Source: Lama guanicoe
Lineage: Eukaryota
Direction: 5' to 3'
Length of the DNA stretch: 64,000 nucleotides
Assembly: GCA_013239625.1 (NCBI GenBank)
Contig: MU053652.1
Coordinates: 9,154,507-9,218,506 of the forward strand
This document shows positions 13,209-25,353 of the stretch, piece after piece; position 1 is the stretch's first letter, and every line of letters starts with the position of its first letter. The notes under the pieces are model-generated. The model was not told where the DNA came from and made no database searches. It saw only the letters and a list, made by a program, of their open reading frames with translations. The position numbers and the translations under genes were made by a program.

Positions 13209-14619
13209 CTTTGAAAAGCAAGTAAGATTTAATGGAACATCTGGAAACATGAGAAAGATGAAATCTTAATAATATCTTATACTGCATTATACTGCAAATC
13301 TTCACTTGTGGGATCTTGGCAACTTCTCATAAAGCACCACCCTATCAAACCCACACCTCAATTCTATAACCTTTATTATCTAGCCTCTAGGGAAAGTAAT
13401 TAAACTCAATGAAAACATCTTATTTATGTCTGCTTTTGTTTTAGGGACGGAAGTAATGAAATGAACAGATATCACAGCTTTCAAAAGAAGAACACGCCGT
13501 AGTTGTATTTCCTTATCGAGCGTGTTATTTCACATGGTATTTATTTTCTTGTTCTTATATTTCTCTGTTCAGTTCATCTGGCAACAAGCTAAATAGCCAT
13601 TAGATTCTTGTAATGTGAAGTGGCAATGAAGCAACTTATTTCAAAGACCAAAGTAGGTGTATATGCAGAATGCTTCATTGTATATATTCAGAATAAATCA
13701 CAATTTTAAGCCATCATAAGAGGAAGGTTTAGGACTAGAAGAGGTTTTTGTTTTGGTTTGTCATTTTGTTTTAAACACTTTTCCCTTAGGATTTAATCTT
13801 AGACCTCGGGGGAAATTTTAAAGACAGCTTGTAAAAATATGCTTCTAGTCCTAGCCCTTTAAATTTGTTTCCTTTCAAAACATCATTCAGGTGACATCTT
13901 TTGTGAACATTTAAGTCACTGTAATGGTCCAGGAGTGATCTGGCCAGAGGTCAACCAAAATCCATGCTTTCCGTTTGTTTTCTTAACTGCACATCTTGTG
14001 TTTAATCAGATGCTTAGAAAACTAAATTGCCAAACGTATCAAAATATGATACGTTTAGTCCACATGAGACCTGATTTTGTCAGTTTATTGGCACTGTCAT
14101 CTGTTAGATCTTTCAAGGTCATGTCCCTTAAAAAAAAAAGAAAGAAAGAAAAAATTGATTGAGTACAAATTGTGAGAATTTGACCAACATCAGTAGAAAG
14201 AATCTGAATCTTAAACCATGTGTGCTCACGAGCTTTTGTCTTGCACACATAGAAAGCTGCTCTGCACGAAACATAAGCTTTCAAGCATCATGCAGTAACG
14301 ACTGCATCATTATCCAGAGCTTAATTATTTAGTTGGTTTTAAGAATTTTTTCTTTTTTACTTCAAGGCATATGTGACAACTCTGAGAAAGGAGTCTGCTT
14401 TTATGATCTGGATGGTATTAATGCTGAAGTGGAAATTCTCCAGAGTTTTGCTAAGGATCGATGTGAAGCAAATCTGGATATTTGTCTCATTTTCTGGTAT
14501 TCCTTCACACTCACATTCTACCAAGATTTTCTAACTTTTTTTTCCTGCTCTATTCAAGCCTCCATTTTCTTTTTTTAAAAAAATGTTTATTGAATGAACA
14601 AATGACTATTTTTCATGAA

Positions 14620-14712
14620 TATTTATTTAGTTCTTAAATGGAGGTACTGGGGATTGAACCCAGGACCTTGTTCTTGCTAAGCATGTGCCCTACCACTGAG
14701 CTAACACCTCCC
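14620..14712 (-). mobile_element. tRNA-derived SINE (camelid Vic-1-like)
   Basis: ggaggtactggggattgaacccaggacc...gctaagcatgtgccctaccactgagcta; same family as the copies at 3.5 kb and 42.3 kb. Confidence 0.85.
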
Positions 14713-15862
14713 TGCCAAACCTTTATTATCTTCTCTCCTTATCCTCAGCAGATGGCTTTCCTGTTTACAGAGAAAATAAAAGTCACAGACAAAACCACCC
14801 CTTTCCCTAACATTAAAATACCCAAAACGGACCAACCAGATTCACCCGGCCCCTCTCATCCTGTAGTAACTGAGGTGTTCCCCTTCCTTTCTAATTCCTA
14901 CACTTGCGTTTTAAATCCTTTCTCTACTATCTTTTCGGGAACTGAACACAATTGAGTACTTCCCTCTATTTCTTGTTTTCAATTTTGTTTTCTCAAATGG
15001 ATCGTTCTTATCAGCTTAAACTCAAACCTCCTCTACTTAAAAGGAACATAAAGGCAAATCTCTAATTCAGCTTCTAGTATTCATTCTACCTCTTTCCACT
15101 TCACAGGAACGTTCCCAGAAGACATGTCTTCTATAGTTCCTGCGATCTGTCCATCTCCATCAAGTCCCACAATAACATTGCTTCTCTTCCTCTTTGCTTA
15201 CATTCTCACACAAACACACTTTATCATTCTCTTATTGTAAGCTATGCAGATATCTATAAAATTTTTCTTAAAACAGAAGTTACTCACCTTTTCTTCTGTC
15301 AGATCTTTTGGGGAAAATAAACCCTATACACATATTAAACACAAATATCCCTTTCACTGCTTTTTTTTTTCTAGCAGATTTTAGACTGTGAGGTTCAGAT
15401 ACCTCTCAGGATCTGACGAAGGTGATGGACCATTCATTAATCCTACTCAGCTAAGTATTGTGTCTCTATGAGGTAATGTTGTCTTGTGTCAACATTTCAA
15501 GAGAGTATATGATTCATGCTCTATGATTATTTTAGACATATCTGAAACCCCAAATATTTTAATGGATACTGTTTCTTCTAATTGCTTATGGAGTTACTGT
15601 GAATTCCTCTTCCATTCCGGTTTTGATCTGTATCACACCTGTTACCCCTCACAACTTCTATTTAAAAATGTTTATTAAAAAGCCTTGATCACACTGGAGA
15701 CACTTTGTCTTTCACAGTCATGCATTCCTATTGGAAGAGGATCTGAGGAATATCCCTCAAACTATTCATTTCCGTATTTGGGTGTAAAACCATTACAGAC
15801 GCATTCCAGGCAAGTGCCGACCTCTATCATTCATTCCTGCGTGAATCAATGAAAGTGAATAG

Positions 15863-16229
15863 TGTTGTGGACTGTTTGTGCTCCCCCCAAATTCATATGT
15901 TGAAACCCTACACCCCCACAGTGATGGTTTTAGAAGGTAGGGCCTTGGGAGATCACTAGTATCAGATGAGGTCATAAGGTGGAACCCTTATGAATGGGAT
16001 GAGTGCCCTCATATTAAGAGTCTTGCCAGAGATTGCTTCCGCTCTGCTCGCCACCATGTGAGGATGCAACAAGAGGTCTACAGCCCCAAAGAGGGCTCTC
16101 ATCAGAACCCAGCAGTGCTGGCACCCTGATCTCAGACCCCTAGGCTCCAGAACGGTGAGAAATAAATTTTTTGCTGCTTATCAGCCACCCAGTTCATGGT
16201 ATATTTTCATAGCAGCCCAAACTAAGACA
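15863..16229 (+). mobile_element. MLT1 (ERVL-MaLR) solo LTR
   Basis: TG...ccccaaattcatatgttgaaacccta...gctggcaccctgatctcagac...ctccagaacggtgagaaataaat...agcagcccaaactaagaCA. Confidence 0.88.
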
Positions 16230-17238
16230 CAACCCCATGATTTGTAAGTATAATTTCCTTTTCCTGCCTTTGACTTGATTCTAGTAGTCATTTCTAGGTA
16301 TAATCATATCCACATGCCTGTGCACATGTGTGTGAATGCAAACACACACACACACACATACCTTTAGTTGAATTCTGTGAACTCGTGTTGAAATATGGAC
16401 TGATCATTTTAGTAAAAGAGTTTTTGTAAGAGAGAATTATCTTAAGATAAAAAATTATTGAGGTAATTACACATGTGATAACACAACCTAATTGCTATTT
16501 ATTGCTAGATAACAGCATCAGTTTCCACACATTATCAGCTCATACACATGCATGTACTTACAGACACATCCACAGTATCACTAACAATAGCACCTGGATT
16601 CAACACATCATCTCAGTTATAATGAATAACACATTTGGGCTTAGGAGGAAATATGAATACAGTCACTTTCTCTCTTTTGTAGGAATTAAGACAATGTTAA
16701 AACTTATAAATATTCTTAAATGCCCATTTACATAAAGGACCTGGTGCCAGCAACAGACATTTATAATATAAGTAGTCCAAACACAAATAATCTGATTAAA
16801 TGGGCAAAAGAATATATACAATTTATACTTTGGCTCATATTTATTACTGATCTACCAATCATTGGTTAAGTTGGTTAAAAATAAGCTGTAGTAATATTAA
16901 GAATTGCTTAAATATTATTTTAGACTTTCAGAAACATTTTTATACTAAAAATTCCAATTTGGGGTATAGTTCATAGCTATGTTTACTTTTAAAGTTCATT
17001 TTTTCATTATCAACCCTTTTCTATCTCTTTTTAAAATTGTATCAATTAAAGTGTCTTCCAAGTTCTCTGTAAAAAATCATGTATATTAATTACATGTTTA
17101 TCTACAAAGCTCAGCAACCAAACCCACAATGAATAATATAACGTGAACTTTTTATTAATGCAAAATCTGAAACCTAACCAATAATTCAAAATAGACTTTT
17201 CAATTTTAAAGCACTTGAATAAAAAATAGCTATGATAC

Positions 17239-17285
17239 CTTAATTATTTCTTCAGTTCCAATTAATTCAGGAAAGAGGTCAAGTT
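17239..17285 (-). CDS. PTPRZ1: PTPRZ1 exon 11 (47 nt), linker
   Basis: ttgtag|AACTTGAC...ATTAAG|gtatca; (E)LDLFPELIGTEEIIK; phase 1-0 bridges exon 10 to exon 12. Confidence 0.95.
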
Positions 17286-20146
17286 CTACAAAATTAAAAA
17301 CAAAATTATTAAAATTTTTTTCAAATATTTCAGCCTTATGGGTCTACTGTAGGATGGAAAGAGGAAAAGAGAGGAAAAGAGACTGTTAGCTTGGAAAATA
17401 TAGAATCACTCCAAATGAAAATGTCAAATTTCAGTTTTCAAGACTACTGAACATTACATAACACTACCTAAACCTCTATGAAACTGCATTTAAAATCTTC
17501 ATCTCTATCTTTCACTCCAGCCCTCTTTCCGATTCTCATCCCCAAACGTAACTGAAGCTAAGAAAGTAGAGGGGCCAACAGTGAGGCTGATATTACTGGT
17601 TGTAAAAAAAAACCTAAGTAATTTTTCATCAATGTAGACTCACTTTCAATCTTAGTATGGCTGATAAAAGCATAGTTGGGGAAATGCCAGGGATCTGGGG
17701 AGAACTGACAGATTCATTTTCTTATTCAACTACTTATTCCTTAAGTTCCTCTTCTGACTGAAGGTCAAGTAATTCTTTCTGTTCTGCAGACTTGGGCTCA
17801 TATCTGTTTGTACACAGGGTGCTGTACCAGGTAAAGTGAATGTTTTCCAGCAGGTCCAGCCTGGATGGGCAGCAGAAAGGACTGACCAGACTGAGTCCCA
17901 TGCCTTCTTCCCAGGGACACTGAGAGAATGCTGTCTATGCAAAAACCTAACGACCAGGAGGATTCAAGTCTGTATTTCCCAACTGACCAGAATCCACACA
18001 TTTCTAGTCCGTGGATATTTCAATCCTAAAACAAGACCTGTTAGTCAATGGTAGGAAAGGTAAGGAGCTGGTTCTCTCTCCAACAAGGAATCTAGCCTCA
18101 CTGCCAAATTACTGAGGGGCTAGAGGACCACTTTTCCTCGCTTTGCATCCAAGGTGCCTAGATAATCTGGAGGATGGGAGAGAGGGTGACGGTGAGGGCT
18201 TGAGCATTATCACAAAGATGTCCTTCTCACTCCTATTATTTTAGAGGCTCTTGTTCCGTCTCCAGAGTTTATGCTCTTCACTATCCTAATACTGCGTAGG
18301 TTCTATTTTTCATGTCTCTATAGATCCTCAAACGTGGGAAATGCATACGCTATAGAATTTTCAGACAGAAGATAACTGAACTAACATTAAATATTTATCA
18401 ACCCCAGGCCTGTTTTACAATATAGACTTACTGAGTTTATTTTTTACCATAAAATTTCTTGGTGTTAAGAAATGTAAAACCATAAAATATAGTTAAATGC
18501 CTGAATTCTACTTAGAGGAGAATTCAAGTAAAATGGCAAAGTCAGTCCAACCCCAGGAGAATTTAGATAAAATTAATACTCTTGACTATTTAGCTGTTTT
18601 AAAGTTACTTACCCTGGACAATTTTCGGTGCTATAAAAATAAAAATATTCACTGGAAAAAAAATCAGAGCTTTGATTTTTTAACTCTTAATTATTATTTT
18701 TTGTTGTTGTTGTTAAAACTGGCCATGAAGGAGTTTGGACACTTTCATTTGAGTCATTAGTATTCTCCTTGTTCTATTTTTATCTCTATGAAACTTTTTT
18801 CCCTCACACTTTTTCATGCTCTTTTCTCTTTATATTTTCAAATTAAAGTGACCTCAACAGTCTGAAAGAGCTGTGTCTCTGTAACCTCTCAGGAAACCCA
18901 AACAAGTGAATTTAAAAATGAGATGTCACTAAGCTGTGAAAGACAAATAAAAAGAACCTTCAATATGATTTTCTAGAAACTACAATTAGAGAAGTTCATG
19001 CATGGGAAATCCTTCAAATTCAGCACGAGACAATGCATAATTTTACTGAGAAGGCTTTTAAATGCAGACACTCTTTTTCATGTATTTTAAAAATACTTTA
19101 ACGTTTAAGGGAAAATCATAATCAAATACCTGCTAGTGATACCTACATTGTATGTATCATATATTGTGTATTTCTCTGTTAAGAGGCTACAGAAAACTGT
19201 CTCAATGATAGTCCATTCTCTTCACCATGCTTAAGGAAGTGTTCTAAAAACTTTTTTTTAAGTGGCCTAACTTCACCTAAATTCATACTTTTAATAAACA
19301 AAAGTAATTTTCTTATTAATTGTCAGAGGTGGGGTGGGGTAGACATAATTATCACACTGAGGACTGGTCTTCTTTGCTTTCAATATTCTCTGTGTGTACT
19401 GCGTTTGATTAACTTTTATCCATTTACCGGAGCATAATTTAACTATACAGATTACATAACTTAACTATTAAGTTAACACAGATAGTTGTACCCGGTCATT
19501 CCCTCTACGGGATATCAGAATTAGTGAGTTCCACTGTTAACTGTTTTACTATTTACTGCAATAAGAATTAAGAAGTTTCCTTTGGGTGGTGTCCTAGGCC
19601 CTGGATGCAGAATGAATAATGGACTCAGGCAGCCTTTACTCCCTCTTGGTTTCATAGTGCTCTCGTGGGCAAACACCCCAACCACGGATGCCTTCATGTT
19701 GGTATGTAAAAACCCACTCCGAAGGACCTTCATTCTGGTTTCCTACCAGACTTAGATCATTTGAACCAACTGAAATTCTGGGGTTGCCCTGGAACACTTC
19801 AACAGCCCCACTCCAAATAATCCAGAAGTCTTTTGCTGAGCCTCTTCAGAACAATTTTGAAAGACAGTTTTTATCTGTCTGGAGAATCTGAGCCATGCTT
19901 CTGGGTCTGAGAGCTCACAGCACTCAAGGTCTAGCTCTGGTGCTTGGCACAAGACCTCCCAATGGGTACCCTTAACCTGCTGTTTCCTTGCAAATAATGA
20001 CCAATGTTTTAGGGGCCACTGGTCTGACTCAGGCACTACTGATATATTTAACAGTCCAAAAATTATACTGGTTTCCAGAATCGACAATTCTCACTTCATC
20101 AAAATAGACTCCATGAAGGCCACAAAAAGTCCAATAGTGAAGACTG

Positions 20147-20197
20147 TCTATATATATATCTATCTATCTATAGATAGATAGATAGATAGATATATAT
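20147..20197. repeat. Compound (TA)n/(TATC)n/(GATA)n microsatellite, palindromic
   Basis: tatatatatctatctatcta|tagatagatagatagatagatatatat. Confidence 0.9.
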
Positions 20198-23100
20198 TTG
20201 AGTTAACATGTAAAATTCACATTTATGTGATAACTGAACAAAAGCTACTGGACCATTCTGGCTTTGCTCTGGGACACACGCAATGTTAGATTTTCTAAAA
20301 GAGCATGTTAGTCACACATTAATACTCCACAACACAAAAAAGCAACACTGATGTAGATTGGCAAGCATGGCTTATTTAATTGTTCAAAGATAAGCCAAGT
20401 TTCACAGTGCAAAAGGTAAAAGCAATGTAGACTGCAGTCTTTTTAAACTGTGATTTTAAATGTCATTATGTAATAACACACATAGCATAGTGTAGTATAG
20501 ACAGAATAAGCACAGATGTATAGCAATTTAACAAAGACAACTATTATGCAACTGAAAAGCACACAAAACAGGAAAATATGTTGCATTTAAATTAATTTGC
20601 CATGCATTTAAATTTAACACATACAATTATCAAGGCCCTAAAACATGTACTTAAACACTGTCCTCTATAGCTATATAATAATTTGATCTACATTACAGAA
20701 ATGAGCATAACTATTTTAGTTGCAACAAAATAATTATATTTATGAATTGTTCACTCATAAATACAATTTTCTAAAAAGCTTTTGAAAAGAATATCCATTT
20801 CTGTTTAACCTTTAAAAGGTTTCCTTAACAAAATTAAATTCTTTCTGAATGTGAGTTTATGCATTTATTTTAAAACAGCAGTTTATAATAATATGTAATG
20901 GACACTCATTTATGGTAATACTGTTGTACACAACAACAAATGTAGTGAAATTCACAAGCAATAAATTAATCAAATTAGCCCAAATTAAATGCACAATTTG
21001 GAAGAGTGATTTTTTTCCTTCACAGATACTGGTTAGAATATTTAAAATATTTGAATATTAGAATATTTAAAATCTGTGACTGAAAGAATGAAGGCAATTA
21101 TAAATAACCTCCTTCATTTCTTTTTAACAAAAGCAACAAACAATACAACATTTAGAAAACAGCTTATCCCAAATAATAACAGATTAATTCAACAAGGTGT
21201 ATTACACTGTTACTAAGATAATGAAACAACACGATTAACAGGATGAAATGGTACTAATAAAAATCAAGAAATAAGGGGCAAACTCAAAAGCCTCTTACAT
21301 CTATACTAACCACATAAATCATAAAATTTACAAATCTGATAAGTACTATCACACTAAACCACAAGACAGGACTGCTGTCAAGACTTTTACTGTGATACAT
21401 TTACCACAGAAACAATATTTAAGATAATGTACTTTCAAAAATGAATTGAAAATATATGGATTGAAATGCCATTGCAGTCTTTACGATCAGAAAGAGTGAG
21501 TTCTAAGAGAATTAATATTTTCCTTATAAAAAGAGCAAGGCCTCAAACTTTGGGTAAATAGGTTTTTGATGAAGGACTTTTTGGTAGAAATAATTAAAGA
21601 ATAAACTAAGTTTTAAACTTTTGGCTTTTAAGAGTAATATCACAGAAGAATATCAAGTTAAATACAATCTTTTAGTAAAACATCATTACTGTACAAACTG
21701 CTCTAAGGGACATCCATGGAGATTAAACGACGTTTCCAAGTTAGCATCTCATTAGTTCAATGGTGTCCTGATCCTTTGAATAAATAGAAATTAAGTTATA
21801 ATATTTGTTATTTTGTACAAATGTGAAAGTGCTACAAATGATAGAAGAACATTGTACTTTGTGCCAACATCGAGTCAGTCTAAAAGGATCACTCAGAAAT
21901 CACTTCTGTAGAAAAGACACTTGATCTGCTTTTTTCATATGCAATAAGCTTCTCTCTCAAAAGACAAAAAGGAAAAAATCCGGAAAGTCTAAACTTCCAG
22001 CATAGTTTACAGTATGAAAGCACACAACATAAATAGCTAAAATTATTTTTTGGAAACTCCTGGGAAATTGTTTTATGTTCAAAAATTAGATTGGTATAAT
22101 TAAACCAGGATGGTAAAATTAAGTGAATGTACGCAATGTAATTCATATCCTAAAGTACACAGTAGGAGTAGAGGAGATTTTTATATGTCATATTTAATCA
22201 GTGCACATATGATATTGGCCAATACAGTCAACAGCGTCCTGCTAAAGATGTAATTTTTGGGGTGGATAAATATGGGAAACTCTGGTGAGGGATGACATTC
22301 AATGGAGGAGCGTGATACAGTATTACTGAAACCGTGGTCAGTTAACTTGATACTCATCTTTCAATAAAACTTAGAGCTCATGTTCCATTTAATTACAACC
22401 TGATTTTGAAAAACAATGCTAAATAAAAGCAATAGGAAAGATGGTTATACCCAGGCCATGAGGCAGGTCATAAGAAATATTATTAAATAATGATACTGCC
22501 ATCATGACAGTAGTAATATTCATTAGCCATCAGTGTTCCAACTTGGGAAACATCTTGGCAAGTTTTGTAGCCTGCTGAAAAGGATACATAATCTAGCATC
22601 TAATGCTTTGATATACATTCTTTAACTGAAAAATTCAGCTAGTGAGAACCACCATGATGAGGTAATCAGTGAACAAGCTCATAATAAAGTCCTGCTATGG
22701 CATATAGATCACAAATGCAAGCCAATATACATCAGTTTTCCTTCTGTACATAAAAGTGGAATAGGCAACAATTAGTATCACTTGTAACCACTGCCATTAA
22801 CACCTCGTGAAAATTTCAGTGAGTAGCCTCATCGTAGGGATGATCAAAGAATATTTACATTTATGAATATGTGTCTGCATGATATATAAACGTATATATG
22901 CGCACATACATATACACATACATATAAAACTCTATTACTTCAAGACTGCTTACACTAACAAAAGGAAGACTTTCGTATGTAAATCTGTAAATAGTCAAAT
23001 TATGATGGTCAGCTTCATTCTTTCACTTAACTGAACTTCATTCAATTACTGCATATGCTTTGAGATCAAAGATTTTCCCATAATACTTAGAGAAGAGGCA

Positions 23101-23660
23101 TGCGAATAAAATACAATTAGAAACACACTTTTTGTTTGCTCCTGTGAAATAATACTGGCAAATCTAAGAGGAAAGCTCCCCCTCTCCACCAAATTACAAG
23201 AGTGGATTAAAATATCTAAGATAAACTTTTGAGATGCTTTGTAGATATTTCAAAGAAACTCACATGATCCTAGGATCATGATATACTCACTACAAAATGC
23301 TTTGTGGGCTGAAAGAGGAAAAGACACAAGTGAAACCAACTCTCCATCATCCAAAATAAGTCTTTACATTTAGTCAGCAGTTTTCATCAGATGACCAGTA
23401 CAGACGTTGCAATAGGTTTTGCGGTTCTTACTTTACAAATAGAAAACTTCAATATTAAGAGTAAATTTACTTATTGTTTTGTACCAAAATTGCTGAATAA
23501 AAAACTGGATTCTATGCTTTACAAAATTTCCTGATGATCCAGATTAAAAAGAAAATCGTTTTGCCTTTGGGCCAAAAGAATACAAAGTCAGAGAGAAAGC
23601 ACCAACACATTCAGAAATTAAACTAGCCTCACTTATAAGGCACATCAGGAGAGCACTTAC

Positions 23661-23787
23661 CAGGGTCATTGGAAGGCATGTCGACAATCAGCTGGTCGCT
23701 GTATTTTCCATACAAGCCATTAGTGCATATGGCTACGATTTGAAGAACATAACTCATATTGGGTAGTAAATTATTAAGAATAGCACC
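23661..23787 (-). CDS. PTPRZ1: PTPRZ1 exon 10 (127 nt), FN3 domain second half
   Basis: ttttag|GGTGCT...GACCCTG|gtaagt; [42 protein letters not shown] with the FN3 LxPxxxY motif; phase 0-1. Confidence 0.97.
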
Positions 23788-25168
23788 CTAAAAGAAAGAT
23801 GGCAGTAACTATACAAATATGTTGTTCTCACAGGAGTACTAACATACTAGACCTCTGTCCTTAGAAAAGATTTTCTCAGTTGTTCATAGAAACTATTTTC
23901 ATTTCGTTAACCTAAGAAAAAAGTTTATGCGATGTTGTTAAGTTGAACTTGTGATATTTGTGAATTAGGAAGATACTGGAAAACTAGGCTTTTTAATTTT
24001 TCTTTTTAAAAATCAGATTTGGCTTGAGAAAGTTTCTTTATTTTTTAACTGGGATTGATCAAATTCATAAATGAGTAACCAGAACTGTAGATTATTGTTT
24101 TCGGCAAACAAACCTGTAGCATTTGCCAGGGGCAAAATGTGAAAAATGAATTTCTCTCTTTTATTTTAACAATGTATAAGCCAGACAGGAATAGAATGAT
24201 TATCTTCTTTGCATCATTATGGAATGAAGAATAGTATATTCCCAGAGATTCCACAACTTTCCCAATTCACACTGTCTCTGCGGTAGACAACCCAATTAAA
24301 GAGTTATTACAAATTTCATCTGTCTTGTTTATATGACATTCAACACCGTGATATCAAAGACAGTTTTTGCTTAAATGCAGGGTGCTGGGACTTGCGGGAC
24401 TCTTGCCGTCTGTACTCAGAGGTCAGCGTCTTGGACCTACAGTGAGGTCATTCTTGGGCCACACCTAGATGGAGTTTTCTCAACTACACCCCAACACTGC
24501 TCTACCAAGACAAAGTTTAATACTGAGATGCTCAGATCGCAGAAGGAATCTGTACTTCGTTGTCTTTCATTCTTGTGCACGGGAGGGAGGAAGCAGAGGT
24601 GGATCTTTCCCTGAGGATTACTTGCCTCGTGTCCTGAAAGTTCTGACTCAGTTGACTTCACATGTTACTTGAGCATCTGATGCAAAGAAAAGGACATTCA
24701 AGTCCCCTACTCTAGTCCCCACTCTGTGCTCCTTGTGCTAGTAGAGTATGACGGGGGAGCTGTTTCACACAGGACGGTATCAGAGCCTGAGATTCCAGTC
24801 CCAGTTCTTTCCCCAGGTGTGAGAGCACAAAGTGCTTAACTGTTCTTTGAGTTCCTTTCTTTATAAAGGAGACGCCCCTAGATGGTCTCCAGTACGTAAA
24901 TCTCTACTGTAAGTGTTTATTCTACAATGCGGTTGTTGGCAAAGTCAAGGTCTCCGTGTAATTCAAACCATAAGTTAAGAACCTGGTGTAAATCATTGTA
25001 AGTTTTGACATAATTAAATAAAGCTTCTGCTTCCCCGTCTCCGACTAGAGAGCTTCATACAAAGTCTAAAGTCATCAAAGGCAATGATACACAATTATTT
25101 GTAAATTCTTACCCTGAAAATTAAACTAGAATGTCTTCAATATATGAAACAACCGATCTGATAGTTAC

Positions 25169-25353
25169 CAAGTCTTGGTAGCCGTCAGTCAGAAACTCGT
25201 GCTTGGTCTGGTCTTCTCCCTCCAACCGCTGGTACAGCACAGCAAACTTCTCAATCATGGTATCATAAACCACTCGAGGTCTCTCCCATGTCACAAGGAG
25301 GCTGGTATAGTTCTCCGGGTCAGCTTGAACATTTTCTGGTTCTGAACTACAGA
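25169..25353 (-). CDS. PTPRZ1: PTPRZ1 exon 9 (185 nt), FN3 domain first half
   Basis: ctgaag|TCTGTAGT...GACTTG|gtaact; (V)[61 protein letters not shown]; phase 1-0. Confidence 0.97.

Noticed and set aside
13209..13250. N-terminal [14 protein letters not shown] of the 1194-aa ORF as a real start (single-exon gene)
   Set aside because: It is the intron 11 branch and acceptor region, open by chance. There is no signal peptide, and the PTPRZ1 match begins at EEEEG after the AG at 13209-13210.
14638..14955. tRNA gene or ORF MEVLGIEPRT...
   Set aside because: It is the tRNA-like head of a SINE with an A-rich tail and diverged sister copies; the ORF is its antisense reading.
20640..20700. Microexon after ctatag| (AGGACAGTG...)
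   Set aside because: No acceptable GT donor at a frame-preserving position.
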